Position numbers and translations under genes: made by a program. A DNA stretch of 64,000 bases from Methanomassiliicoccales archaeon. GTDB lineage: Archaea; Thermoplasmatota; Thermoplasmata; Methanomassiliicoccales; UBA472. The notes beneath the pieces were generated by a model. It was not told the origin of the DNA. It saw nothing but the letters and a program-made list of their open reading frames with translations, and ran no database searches. The stretch covers positions 28,202 through 92,201 of the forward strand of contig DASXVU010000004.1 of the NCBI GenBank assembly GCA_036504055.1, written 5' to 3'. This document shows positions 35,095-44,534 of the stretch, piece by piece; position 1 is the first letter of the stretch, and each line of letters starts with the position of its first letter.

Positions 35095-35949
35095 TTGTCC
35101 GATCCATTTCCTGAACGACAATGTTCAAATTACATTTCTGACACGAAGAATTTATCTCATCCGATGTTTCTTGCCCGGCAGGGATTGCCGTTGGGTAAAT
35201 ATGTCAGATGTGGGAGAAAGAAGCTGGGCAGCGGCCTCTGCAGCGAATGCAGCAGCAGAGAACTGATGGAACAAAGACAGAACCGTGTCACATCCATTAA
35301 GGCAAACCTCGCCGCTTCCTTTGACGATAAACTGCAGAAGTCGATCGATAACCGGTTCGGCATGACCGAGGCCTCATCTCAGGACCGATTGACCCTAGGA
35401 AAGCTTACCAGGGCGGATCGGGAGAAATTCATGAATCTGGTGGCCGGCATCAGCACCGAGAAGTTCGCCTGCAATGTCCCGTCACAGACCGGGGCCGGCT
35501 ACGAAAGGGGACAGATGGATTGGATCCGGACCATGGAGAAGGGGCATTCCAATGTACGGTTCGCGGACGAAAGGGCCGAGCTTATGAACCAGTGCTATCT
35601 CAAGGCTGCCTATAAGACGGATGTCTACTGCGGTGCCGCCATCGCCCTCCGGGCGGGAAGGAACGAGGACGCTGCCAGAGCGTTAGAGGAGCTCACGATG
35701 TTCGAAGAGGCGGGCCATGTGAGGAAGAAGGCCCTCCACGAACTGAACACCTCCAGAAATGTCTCCGTGAACATGAACCAACTGTTGGACCAAGTTAGAC
35801 AAGGAGGCCTCGCTCTGGCATACAAGTGTCCAAGCTGCGGCGGTTCGATAAGGATCGACAAGGATTACAACCCGGGAATGAAGATATGCGGATATTGCGG
35901 AACGCCATTGGACACCTCGGTCATCGCGTCCCTGATCCAGCACCTTTAG
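35095..35949 (+). CDS. Hypothetical protein with a C-terminal Zn ribbon
   Basis: 284 aa. C-terminal CPSCGGSIRIDKDYNPGMKICGYCGTPL, plus an N-terminal CGRKKLGSGLCSEC pair. Confidence 0.5.
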   Translation: MSDPFPERQCSNYISDTKNLSHPMFLARQGLPLGKYVRCGRKKLGSGLCSECSSRELMEQRQNRVTSIKANLAASFDDKLQKSIDNRFGMTEASSQDRLTLGKLTRADREKFMNLVAGISTEKFACNVPSQTGAGYERGQMDWIRTMEKGHSNVRFADERAELMNQCYLKAAYKTDVYCGAAIALRAGRNEDAARALEELTMFEEAGHVRKKALHELNTSRNVSVNMNQLLDQVRQGGLALAYKCPSCGGSIRIDKDYNPGMKICGYCGTPLDTSVIASLIQHL

Positions 35950-35988
35950 CGGATTCGCCATCATACACCGATCAAACCGAAGACCGGC

Positions 35989-36351
35989 CTAGAACGTCAA
36001 AACCCCTTCCCCTTCCTTTCGCACCAGTTCCACCAGGTCCTCTCCGTCGGATATCTCCACACCTTCAATGAGCATATCCTCATCCATGCCCCTCACCTCC
36101 AGGCACATGCGGTCGGCCAGAACCCTACCGCCACCCTTGAGGACATCCCGGACCAGTTCCTCGACCGAGGGCATGTTCACCTCCTTCATGGGATCCGTCT
36201 GCCCTTTCTTGGCGGCGTACACCCCATCATTGTGAAGCGCCACTATCACCCTGTGACCGGCGGAGACCCATGAACTGGCGATGAAGAGGCCGGCATATGA
36301 GTTCACCCTTCCATAGGGAGCGTGGACTATCTCGATGACCAGGACCTCCAT
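35989..36351 (-). CDS. DsrE/DsrF (TusC/D)-like sulfur-relay family protein
   Basis: 120 aa. VLVIEIVHAPYG...VIVALHNDGVYAA...ADRMCLEVRGM. It is the third gene of a tightly packed three-gene operon. Confidence 0.65.
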   Translation of the reverse strand: MEVLVIEIVHAPYGRVNSYAGLFIASSWVSAGHRVIVALHNDGVYAAKKGQTDPMKEVNMPSVEELVRDVLKGGGRVLADRMCLEVRGMDEDMLIEGVEISDGEDLVELVRKEGEGVLTF

Positions 36352-36756
36352 TCAACCGCCTCCGAAGGAAAGGGCCTTATCCGCCCTGGCGAGCATTTCC
36401 ACAAAACCGTCTATGGAAGTGATATGGATGCCTTCCGCCACCTTTCCGACCGGGTCTTCCCTTTCCTTCGATGGCTCTTTCGGGTCCGTGAAATTGCCCC
36501 TTGCCTCCGAGCATGTTTGGCAGCTGTATACCCGTGCACCCTTCTCGATGAGCTCGACGATCCTGGGCCCGACCGGGAACAGTCCTTCCGGGGATTGATG
36601 GCTCATCTGGACGAGGACGGCGTCTCCGTAAAGGAATATCTCAACCGAGTAACCCTTTTCCAGGGCACGCATCGCCACTCGGCACATATGGTCGGCATAT
36701 TGGTTGCCATAGGGGGCGGAGAGCAGCAGGATCGCCAAGGTTCCTTTGCCTACCAT
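36352..36756 (-). CDS. DsrE (TusD)-like sulfur-relay family protein
   Basis: 134 aa. ILLLSAPYGNQ...EIFLYGDAVLV...VYSCQTCSEARG. Its stop directly abuts the next start. Confidence 0.65.
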   Translation of the reverse strand: MVGKGTLAILLLSAPYGNQYADHMCRVAMRALEKGYSVEIFLYGDAVLVQMSHQSPEGLFPVGPRIVELIEKGARVYSCQTCSEARGNFTDPKEPSKEREDPVGKVAEGIHITSIDGFVEMLARADKALSFGGG

Positions 36757-37076
36757 GCGATCACCCGATCCGCCCGTTCCATCGCCTCTTCGATGAACAT
36801 GCCTTCGATGTCCTCTACCACCTCGACACCCTTGGCAAGCTCGGATGGGTCGATACCTCGCGCCCTAAGGTCCCTTCCGCTGGCCCGGACCTTTGCCCCA
36901 CGGCTGAGCGCACCTTCGATGATGGATGAAGGATGCCCCCGGTATTCCCGACGGCAGTTCATTACCGCGTCACCCAGAAGGAACAGGTTGTCTCCTTTTC
37001 CCCGGATGGCCTCGGCGATCCTCCATGACTCCCCTTCCGTGCAGGGCGTTTTCATCAACAGGATGCAGGTCCTCAT
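36750..37076 (-). CDS. DsrH (TusB)-like protein
   Basis: 108 aa. LFLLGDAVMN...VRASGRDLRARGI...GVEVVEDIEGMFIEEAMERADRVIAW matches the DsrH/TusB pattern, including the terminal W. It overlaps the next gene by 7 nt. Confidence 0.6.
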   Translation of the reverse strand: MRTCILLMKTPCTEGESWRIAEAIRGKGDNLFLLGDAVMNCRREYRGHPSSIIEGALSRGAKVRASGRDLRARGIDPSELAKGVEVVEDIEGMFIEEAMERADRVIAW

Positions 37077-37222
37077 GAGATCAGTATTGGTTCATAGTCA
37101 AGCTCCGGATATTTATCGCTGCGGAGATGAGGGGACAGTCACGTATGGCGCCATAACTAAATCACCGGGCGACGAGAAGTTGATAAGCTATGCGTTCACA
37201 AAGGTGCTTGAGGTGTGATTAT

Positions 37223-37723
37223 ATGGATGTAGAGAAAAACAATGCCCGGACGACCGGACCTGTGGTCTTCATCGTCGAACCGATCGAGGGGGAGACCTAT
37301 TCGCCCGAGACCCATGAGCCGATGACCGATGAAGAAGTGATCAGATCGCTGGCGGGATTCGATAACTACCAGAGAATCGGGCCGGTGGATGAACTGATGC
37401 CCGACCTGGGAGAGCGGGGTTTCGGTGCTTTCAAGTACTATCCGGCGACCGGAAGGCTGACCCAGGAAAAGGCGATAATCGATGTCCGGCTGGGCGACAA
37501 CGGAAGCGATGAGGACCTGCAGAGCCTGCTTCATTGGGTGCAATATCAAGGAACGGGAAAGATCGTGGAGCATCTGGCCATCCTGGGCATCGACCCTGCG
37601 GCAGAGGTACTGACCATCAATGTGAAGGACAAGGTCACGGTCAGGATGCCGTTGATACTCCTCAAGGCGATGATCTCAAAGCATGAGGAACTGGAAACCA
37701 TCCGTCTGGGAAAGGTAGGCTGA
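37223..37723 (+). CDS. Hypothetical protein
   Basis: The likely start is MDVEKNN, preceded by GAGGTG; the tracked ORF begins at 37190. No family recognised. Confidence 0.45.
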   Translation: MDVEKNNARTTGPVVFIVEPIEGETYSPETHEPMTDEEVIRSLAGFDNYQRIGPVDELMPDLGERGFGAFKYYPATGRLTQEKAIIDVRLGDNGSDEDLQSLLHWVQYQGTGKIVEHLAILGIDPAAEVLTINVKDKVTVRMPLILLKAMISKHEELETIRLGKVG

Positions 37724-37742
37724 CCTTTCTCCGGTGACCGGC

Positions 37743-38156
37743 CTACTTCGACCTCATCCGGTTGTTCCGGGGGTTGTGCTCCACCTCTGCCTTTCCTAGA
37801 TTTTCCAGTATGGGAGGGATGTAGGTGGCGAAACGGCCTCTCAGACCCTTCTTCAGACCATACCAGCCCCCAACCGGGTTGTCGGCCGACCGGGCCCAGG
37901 CCTCGACCGTCCCTTCCTTGGCCGGCTTCTGCTCGTCAGCATTGCCAAGCGGCATCCAGTCCCCGTGAGCCCTGAGCATTGACGGGAGATCTTCGAGGCA
38001 GCGCAGGTGGTACCTCAGCTCTGTCTTGCCCACGGTAACGACCACCGCCGGCGGGTCAGCGCCCTCATCCCGATAGGTGGAGAATTCGGATTCGCCTGAC
38101 GGCGTCCTTAGGATCCAGGGATCATCCTTCGTCCCGTTGCCTTTCGCTCCAGACAT
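37743..38156 (-). CDS. Conserved hypothetical protein (a family I recall as widespread in bacteria, function unknown)
   Basis: 137 aa. DDPW.LRTP.G.SEF..YRDE.ADPPA...VG.TELRY..R...DL...L...GDW..LG.ADE.KPA.EGTVEAW.RS.DNPVGGWYGLKKG.RGRF. The recollection is not verifiable here. Confidence 0.55.
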   Translation of the reverse strand: MSGAKGNGTKDDPWILRTPSGESEFSTYRDEGADPPAVVVTVGKTELRYHLRCLEDLPSMLRAHGDWMPLGNADEQKPAKEGTVEAWARSADNPVGGWYGLKKGLRGRFATYIPPILENLGKAEVEHNPRNNRMRSK

Positions 38157-38367
38157 AAGTGGATCTACGGAGCGACCGGGCTATTAGTTGTTTGCCGGAG
38201 ACTGGCAGATCGTCGATCAGCGTTCTTGGAGAAGGAGCGAGGGCAATAGAAAAGGATGAAAGATCACGGAAATCCGGCTTTTTCAGTTATCATTGCCGAA
38301 CCAGGACCCGATAAGGAAGAGAAAGGGTTTCGGCCCGTCGACACTGACGGGCTAAGATCGAGGAGCA

Positions 38368-39321
38368 TCAGGCGAACAGGTACACCCCGGCCTGCAGGTC
38401 CGCGATCGATATGAGGACCTGGTCCCCGATCACCTGGTTTGCCAAAAATACCGGATGGCACATCTTCCCGGAACAACCGGCGGCAGTGATGTTGGCTATC
38501 GGGAATGCCATGTTGCAGCAGTTCTCCACCATCGTTCCTGTTTCACCCTGACGATATCCGAGGTGTTTCTTGTAGCACTTCGCGCAGTCATCGAAAGATG
38601 TGTGGACGACCCCGTTTGCGTCATTTGCCGCAAAGAAGCGCACGGTGGTCCCGCTGACGTCATACTTGTACCAGGTGGCGTTCTCGCCCACCGAGGCTAG
38701 CGGGATAGCGACGTGGGTAGAGTTGTAGGTTACCACATTCACCGCCTCATCCGCAGTCAGGAAAGTGAACCTCTGCTTGGCCAGATCGGACTTGGTGAAC
38801 ACTAGTTGGTCTCCGACCACCGACCCGGAAAGATATATCGGGCAGCATCCCATCCCGGAACAGCCCTCCTTGGTGATCGAATCTATGGGGAACGGCATGT
38901 TGCAGCAGTTCTCCACCATGTCCGTGCCGTTCTGCCTGTATCCCAGGTGAGCTCCGTAACACATCCAGCATTCATCGAAGGCACAATGGATCGTATCGTT
39001 CGCGTCCTTAACCACGAAAAAGCGTACGGTCGAACCGCTTACGTTGTATTCATACCACGTCGCCGTCTGGCTGATGGAACTGAGAGGAACGGAGACGGCT
39101 GTCATGTTGACGTCGGTGACAGTGAGAACGTCCGAAGGCTTCCCTTGGTTTTCGTGCTTTGTGCTGTAATAAACAGCGATCATGCCGGCTACAAGGACTA
39201 TTGCGACAACGCATATCGCGATCGCGATGGTGCGTTTTCTGACCTTCCCGCCCGGCTTGTTGTGCACTACGTTCGCAGTCTGATCCTTCGCTTCATTTTG
39301 ACCTTCATCTGCCATAGTCAA
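38368..39321 (-). CDS. Membrane-anchored protein with two tandem Cys-rich domains (DUF2318-like)
   Basis: 317 aa with an N-terminal TM helix (IAIAICVVAIVLVAGMIAVYY). Two homologous ~115-aa units follow, each with ATWY.Y.VSG.TVRFF...DAN...H..FD.C..CY..HLGYRQ...MVENCCNM.FPI..IT..GCSG..C.P. Confidence 0.6.
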   Translation of the reverse strand: MTMADEGQNEAKDQTANVVHNKPGGKVRKRTIAIAICVVAIVLVAGMIAVYYSTKHENQGKPSDVLTVTDVNMTAVSVPLSSISQTATWYEYNVSGSTVRFFVVKDANDTIHCAFDECWMCYGAHLGYRQNGTDMVENCCNMPFPIDSITKEGCSGMGCCPIYLSGSVVGDQLVFTKSDLAKQRFTFLTADEAVNVVTYNSTHVAIPLASVGENATWYKYDVSGTTVRFFAANDANGVVHTSFDDCAKCYKKHLGYRQGETGTMVENCCNMAFPIANITAAGCSGKMCHPVFLANQVIGDQVLISIADLQAGVYLFA

Positions 39322-39597
39322 CCTCCAAAATCACATATCACGGAACTCGATCCGTCCCAATCGTCCTAGAGCCGTTCGCCTTAAGACCGGAATCCGTAGC
39401 CTTCTTGTCCACCGAACGATGTTTGGATCGGATATCGTAATTGGATAAAAGATCCCTTTCCGATTTCGCATCACCGAAGGCCACGAAATAAATATTCGAG
39501 CGGGCACCTATTAAAACCTGCTCGTTGAACCTGCTTTAAGCAGCCTGCTTGAATTCAAGCATTCTAGGCCCACGGATCTCGCAACAGTGCCGTTTCT

Positions 39598-40332
39598 TCA
39601 CCGGGAACCGACATAGTCGGTCCGGTCTGACGTCCAATCGTACCTTATGTAGTCACTGCCCTTGAAAAGATATCCTTTTCCAGCGAAGCGACCGTAACCT
39701 TCCACGGCGGCGTCCACCCCTGGTTTGAACATGTCAGGCAGCGCATACCAACCATCGGCGATCTTCTTCGAATAACCGGGGTCGGCCCGGTCGGTCTTCC
39801 AATCGAAACTGATGTAGGAATCGCCTTTGAAGAAATAGCACTTTCCCGCGAACCTGCCGCTGCCATTCATGGCTGCGTCAAAATCACCCTCGAATCCGGA
39901 TGAAAGGCCAGGCCAGTTCCCGGCCACCTTCTTAGGACAGTCAGGGAAGGCGCGATCGTTGGTCCAGCTGAACTTGACGTAGGAATCGCCTTTGAAGAAG
40001 TAGCAGTTGCCGGCAAAGGCCCCCTGACCGTTGACGGCTGCATCCAGGTCCGAACAGAAGTCGGATGGCATACCTGGCCAATTGCCAGCAATCTTCTTAG
40101 GGTAACCGGAGAGAGCCTTATCGGCATTCCAATCATACTTGACATACGAGTCGCCCTTGAAGATGTAACAGTTACCGGCAAAGGGGCCGTCTCCGTTTAG
40201 TACCGCATCGAAGTCCCCCTCGAATCCGGCGGGTAGATCGTGCCAATTGTCGGTGGTCCGCAGGATCGAGCCGACCTTTGTCTGCTGTCCAGTCTTTGCC
40301 CCTGACCTTCCGCCGTCCGCTTTCAACGCCAT
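39598..40332 (-). CDS. Hemopexin-like repeat protein (four-bladed beta-propeller)
   Basis: 244 aa with four ~55-aa repeats of the form F..D(F/L)DAA.NG.G.FAG.CYFFKGD.Y..(F/Y)(D/S)W..D....GYPKKIAGNWPG. No signal peptide. Confidence 0.75.
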   Translation of the reverse strand: MALKADGGRSGAKTGQQTKVGSILRTTDNWHDLPAGFEGDFDAVLNGDGPFAGNCYIFKGDSYVKYDWNADKALSGYPKKIAGNWPGMPSDFCSDLDAAVNGQGAFAGNCYFFKGDSYVKFSWTNDRAFPDCPKKVAGNWPGLSSGFEGDFDAAMNGSGRFAGKCYFFKGDSYISFDWKTDRADPGYSKKIADGWYALPDMFKPGVDAAVEGYGRFAGKGYLFKGSDYIRYDWTSDRTDYVGSR

Positions 40333-40513
40333 TTAGCCATTCTCCCACAGAGTTGAAACGGGGAATGCCGCTGTTTTCTATATGGCATTGTCGGATGTCA
40401 TCCCATGCGCAAAGGGTCCACGCTCTTTCCTGCCGGCCCGTCTCTGCGTAACTCACTGTCCATCGATCCCAACTGTTTATTAGGAATCCCTGCCCTTAAC
40501 AGTCGGCACGGCC

Positions 40514-40855
40514 ATGACCGATAGTAACGGAAATCTCGATATCCTGAACCACGGCATTCCCAGGATCGCCAAGGACCTAGCGGTCAGATATGCCAAGGTG
40601 CCAGGGGTCCATATCATTGTAAGGAGGGACCGCTGCAAGGGATGCGGCGTCTGCGTGAGGAATGGGTTCTGCCGTTTTGGGGCCATCTCGGTGACGGATC
40701 GAGCCGTGTCAATAGATGAACGCCGATGCCGGGGCTGTGCCAGATGCACCCATCTTTGTCCCGGCGATGCCTTGGCCATTGAGGTAAGGCCCCATCCGAT
40801 TGTCCGGAGCGCCCTCAACCATATCGACCGTCGGATAACCAGACTTCTAAAATGA
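40514..40855 (+). CDS. 4Fe-4S ferredoxin-type domain protein
   Basis: 113 aa. CKGCGVCVRNGFC and CRGCARCTHLCP cluster motifs. Confidence 0.7.
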   Translation: MTDSNGNLDILNHGIPRIAKDLAVRYAKVPGVHIIVRRDRCKGCGVCVRNGFCRFGAISVTDRAVSIDERRCRGCARCTHLCPGDALAIEVRPHPIVRSALNHIDRRITRLLK

Positions 40856-40881
40856 AAAGACGACCAGGATGAAGCTACACT

Positions 40882-42333
40882 TCAATCGGTCCTTGTCTTC
40901 GAAGGCCATATCATGTCCACGATGCGCACAAGGGTCGTCAGGGTAACGAACAGATCTATGGCCAGCAGAACGGCGAAATAGTTCATTGTGGTGGTAAGCA
41001 CCGGTCTGTCGATCGACATCGCGTACTCGTCGGTCATGACGATCACGCTTCCGTCCGGCCTCAAATGGCCGGCATCTACCGTCGAATCAAGCCGATACTG
41101 CCATCGCTGGACGCCATTCCCGTCGATCAAGGTGATCAAGGATTCGTCTGCCACCAATAAACCACAATTCCCATCGTCGTCGAGTATTCTGTTGAGGGAA
41201 AATAGATTCCAATCACTCGAGTTCCAGAGAACGCTTCCGTCTGATCCGAGCTTCACCATTTTTCCGAATATTGAGAACAGGGAAGCGTTATCGCTCATGG
41301 CAAGCGGTCCGATAGCAAACCCATCGAACGTCTTCTGATAGTTCAGAATCCCCGTGGAAGTATTCTGTGAATTGATGCGGCTTACTGGATAGGAAGGAAG
41401 GCCCCATCGTTGGTCTTGGAAGACCTCAAGAGAGTACGCTGTGTTGTTGGGACCCAGGATGGCAGGGATGACCATAAGGGAGTTTGTTACAGACCATATC
41501 AATGAACCATCTCCGTCCATCCCGACTTGCATCTTGGAGTCATTAAAGAAGAGAGTAAACTGAAGAGTGTCGTTGCCAATGACCGAAGGACCGTCACACA
41601 TGGTAAGATTTTGGGTCATGGGAAGCAGGTCCTTGTCCCACACCACCTTTCCATTGGCGGATATGGAGACCAGATGGTCGTAGGATGGGACCATGCTACC
41701 TTCTGAACGCACTGTGTTGTTCCATTCGCTGACCGTTTCCCGGAACATGACATTCCCGTCTCGCAATGTGACGAAGGGATAATTGTGCAGATTTCTATGG
41801 ACCGGCACATAACCCCAGGCCACCGTGCCATCAGGGGTCAGGCAAAAAAGGGTCGAATTCGTACCAATATCCTCAACGAAATAGATGTTTCCATCCTGTC
41901 CTATCTGGATGTTCTGAAGCAATCTATCGGTCTCGAACCTCCAATTCAAAGACCCGTTGATCAAGAGGCAGACAATGGAATTGTTGCTATCCGGCCTCGC
42001 CTCGATGAGGTAGATATGTCCATCCATTCCTATCTGGAGGTCACGGCCAAGAGGTGTATCATAGGCCCATTTCACCGTACCGTTCCGGTCTATGTCCCGA
42101 ATTAGTCCGCCATCCTCCTTCACGATGATCGATCCATCCGGTGCTGTGAACATCTCGTCGAAGCCCTCGGTCAAAGGAACCTTCCACTCTACATCAAGAC
42201 CGCCAGCCTTTGCGTCCGCGGTGATCAGATAGTCACCAAAGAAAGACGTGAGCATCAGGAAAATGGCGAGAGCCACCACCGTTGCCGCCAAACGACGTTT
42301 ATCCGATCCGTGCCCCATTGGATCCCCGTACAA
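40882..42333 (-). CDS. PQQ-like/BamB-like beta-propeller repeat protein with N- and C-terminal TM helices
   Basis: 483 aa. It has recurring G.V.W....(DG.IY) blades, an N-terminal hydrophobic helix (AATVVALAIFLMLTSFF) and a C-terminal helix (NYFAVLLAIDLFVTLTTLV). Confidence 0.65.
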   Translation of the reverse strand: MYGDPMGHGSDKRRLAATVVALAIFLMLTSFFGDYLITADAKAGGLDVEWKVPLTEGFDEMFTAPDGSIIVKEDGGLIRDIDRNGTVKWAYDTPLGRDLQIGMDGHIYLIEARPDSNNSIVCLLINGSLNWRFETDRLLQNIQIGQDGNIYFVEDIGTNSTLFCLTPDGTVAWGYVPVHRNLHNYPFVTLRDGNVMFRETVSEWNNTVRSEGSMVPSYDHLVSISANGKVVWDKDLLPMTQNLTMCDGPSVIGNDTLQFTLFFNDSKMQVGMDGDGSLIWSVTNSLMVIPAILGPNNTAYSLEVFQDQRWGLPSYPVSRINSQNTSTGILNYQKTFDGFAIGPLAMSDNASLFSIFGKMVKLGSDGSVLWNSSDWNLFSLNRILDDDGNCGLLVADESLITLIDGNGVQRWQYRLDSTVDAGHLRPDGSVIVMTDEYAMSIDRPVLTTTMNYFAVLLAIDLFVTLTTLVRIVDMIWPSKTRTD

Positions 42334-42542
42334 GATGTTGATGTTAGTTATTTAACCGGCCAGCCTATATTATCGATAATAAAACCAAAAAAGCTCCCGA
42401 AAAGGCCCCATCTGGCTCGGGATCTCGGCCCGAATTGGTTTAGACTCCGAGGACGTAATGAACATCATTGGGCGGGAACTAACCCGATTTAGTGATGGAC
42501 ATGAGATTATATATCGATTGAAGAAGCATTTGTCTGTCGGAT

Positions 42543-42839
42543 TTGATCATGATGTCCCCGCATTCTAAAGCCGATGGAATCAATGGAGAACAATGCTGTT
42601 ACATATGTGGTCGGAATGCCAGCCAGATCGGCAAGCTTATGGGAGTGGAATCGGTCGAGGGGTACGAGTTCAGGACCCTTTACATCAAGGAAGGGGGAGG
42701 CCTCACGGATTCAAAGGTCGTCGACCGTAGATCGGTGAACCTATGCGACTACGAGAGAAGAGCGGTCAACCACAAGAAGATCGACGTGGTCGTTTGTCCC
42801 ATATGCAAGGTGCTGATCGGTTCATTATCGCCACGCTGA
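42543..42839 (+). CDS. Hypothetical small protein with CxxC pairs
   Basis: 98 aa. CCYICGR and CPICK suggest a zinc site. Confidence 0.4.
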   Translation: MIMMSPHSKADGINGEQCCYICGRNASQIGKLMGVESVEGYEFRTLYIKEGGGLTDSKVVDRRSVNLCDYERRAVNHKKIDVVVCPICKVLIGSLSPR

Positions 42840-42900
42840 TCGTTCTTGGTGCCTTGACAAACACAATGGATGAGACCGTCAGAGGATGACGATCAACGCC

Positions 42901-43383
42901 TCAGAGCAGGTTCTCGAAGTTCTCTTCCTTGAGGCGGACCATGCTCCATTCGGTATGGACGGTAGCCCCACAGCCCTGGTAGAAACTTATCGCCTTGGAG
43001 TTCCAGTCAAGCACGTTCCAGTCCATCCTGCCGCATCCCCTGCTCTTGGCCTCGGCCGCGCAGAACGTCAGCAACCTACGGCCGATACCATACCTTCGGA
43101 ATCTCTCCACCACATAGATGTCCTCGATGAATAGAGTAGGTTTGGCCAGCAATGTGGAGTACGTGAAGAAGAAGAACACGTACCCGACCTGTTCCTGACC
43201 GCTGTGCGCAATATAGGCGTGGAAATAGGGAGTGTCGGATCCAACATCCTTCCGCAACCGTTCGATCGCCTCCGCGGTCGGCGGTTCCAGATGCTCGAAG
43301 ACCGCCAGCTCGGCGATCATCCTCGCCAGATCGTCGACGTTGCTTGCATCGACCTTGACCATTGATATCTGCATGGATTCCAT
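42901..43383 (-). CDS. GNAT family N-acetyltransferase
   Basis: Acetyl-CoA motif VVERFRRYGIGRRLL and C-terminal ISFYQGCGA. The start was chosen at the ATG at 43383, after AGGTGA; the tracked ORF begins at a GTG at 43395. Confidence 0.8.
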   Translation of the reverse strand: MESMQISMVKVDASNVDDLARMIAELAVFEHLEPPTAEAIERLRKDVGSDTPYFHAYIAHSGQEQVGYVFFFFTYSTLLAKPTLFIEDIYVVERFRRYGIGRRLLTFCAAEAKSRGCGRMDWNVLDWNSKAISFYQGCGATVHTEWSMVRLKEENFENLL

Positions 43384-43555
43384 CCCCTGTGTCACCTGGG
43401 AGTGTGGATGATCTGATGATAATTAACCATGACGCCCTCCGCCTACCGGACGTTTGCGATTTCGCCCACTCCTTATCCGAACGGTCCGATGGATTTGATA
43501 CATGGAGCAACAGTTAAGGGTTGCGTTTCCGTTACCCGGCAAGGGAAGACCTTCT

Positions 43556-43978
43556 ATGGACCTAGAAAAAATAGACCTTCCGGAAGGGATAAGGGAAAGG
43601 CTTCGTGGGATCAACGACGCTCCGTTCATTCGCGATTTCGGGATAGAATTGGTCAACATATCCGAAGAAGGAGAGGTCCGGGTCACCATGGATGTCAGCG
43701 ACAAGCACAACGCCTTGGGAACGGCCCATGGAGGCGCTGTCTTCACAATTGCCGATCAGGCGTTCGCCGTCGCTTCCAATCTCGGACCAGAGGTTCAGGT
43801 GGCCATGTTCGCCAGCATGACATTCATCAAGCCGGCCCGCGGAAAGCTTGAGGCTGTGGCCAAGAAGATCGGCGAGACGAAACAGACCTCTGTCTATGAG
43901 GTCAAGGTGTTCGAGAAGGGCGAGCTGGTCGCGATCTTTCAAGGTAACGGATACAAATTAAAGGACCGGACACGATAG
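43556..43978 (+). CDS. PaaI-family hotdog thioesterase
   Basis: The likely start is MDLEKIDLPEG; the tracked ORF begins at 43502. NALGTAHGGAVFTIADQAFAVASN is the PaaI/4HBT pattern. Confidence 0.75.
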   Translation: MDLEKIDLPEGIRERLRGINDAPFIRDFGIELVNISEEGEVRVTMDVSDKHNALGTAHGGAVFTIADQAFAVASNLGPEVQVAMFASMTFIKPARGKLEAVAKKIGETKQTSVYEVKVFEKGELVAIFQGNGYKLKDRTR

Positions 43979-43988
43979 TCACGAGATA

Positions 43989-44534
43989 ATGATGTCCCGA
44001 TACGCGGTCTTCATCAGGGCGATCAACGTCGGTGGCCGCTCGGTGCGAATGGATGATATCGCCAGCGGCCTGGCCAAGGCAGGGTTCGAAAATGTGTCCA
44101 TTTTCCGGCAGAGCGGGAACCTGGTATTGAGCTCATCGATCCAGGACGAGGGTGAGATCGACCGGATCATAGCCGAGGAAATGGAACGGTTGACCGGTCT
44201 CAATGTGGAGATATTCTTGGTCCCGATGGAGAGACTGGCCCGATTGGTCGATGCAGCTCCTTTCGATGGTCTCCTTTCGGACGGTGACAGGGGTTTCGCG
44301 ACTTTCCTATCCGCTAGACCGACGACCGTTCCCGAGATGCCATTCATTATTTACAAAGGGATCATCATGATAGGCCTGAAAGACGCTGTGGTCCTTTCCA
44401 TCGTCAGGAAGGATGAGGGCTCAGGACCAGCGAACGACCTGATCGAGAGAACGTATGGCGTCAGGGCCACCACAAGGAACTGGTCCACGGTGAAAGGCCT
44501 GGTCGAGAAGGAACGTAATCGAGATCGAAGTTGA
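43989..44534 (+). CDS. DUF1697 family protein
   Basis: YAVFIRAINVGGRSVRMDDIASGLAKAGFENVSIFRQSGNLVL is the characteristic DUF1697 N-terminus. Confidence 0.75.
   Translation: MMSRYAVFIRAINVGGRSVRMDDIASGLAKAGFENVSIFRQSGNLVLSSSIQDEGEIDRIIAEEMERLTGLNVEIFLVPMERLARLVDAAPFDGLLSDGDRGFATFLSARPTTVPEMPFIIYKGIIMIGLKDAVVLSIVRKDEGSGPANDLIERTYGVRATTRNWSTVKGLVEKERNRDRS

Noticed and set aside
36322-37218. A 298-aa plus-strand ORF over the DsrEFH-like operon.
   Set aside because: It lies antisense to three tightly coupled genes that carry family motifs. Its product has no recognisable features.
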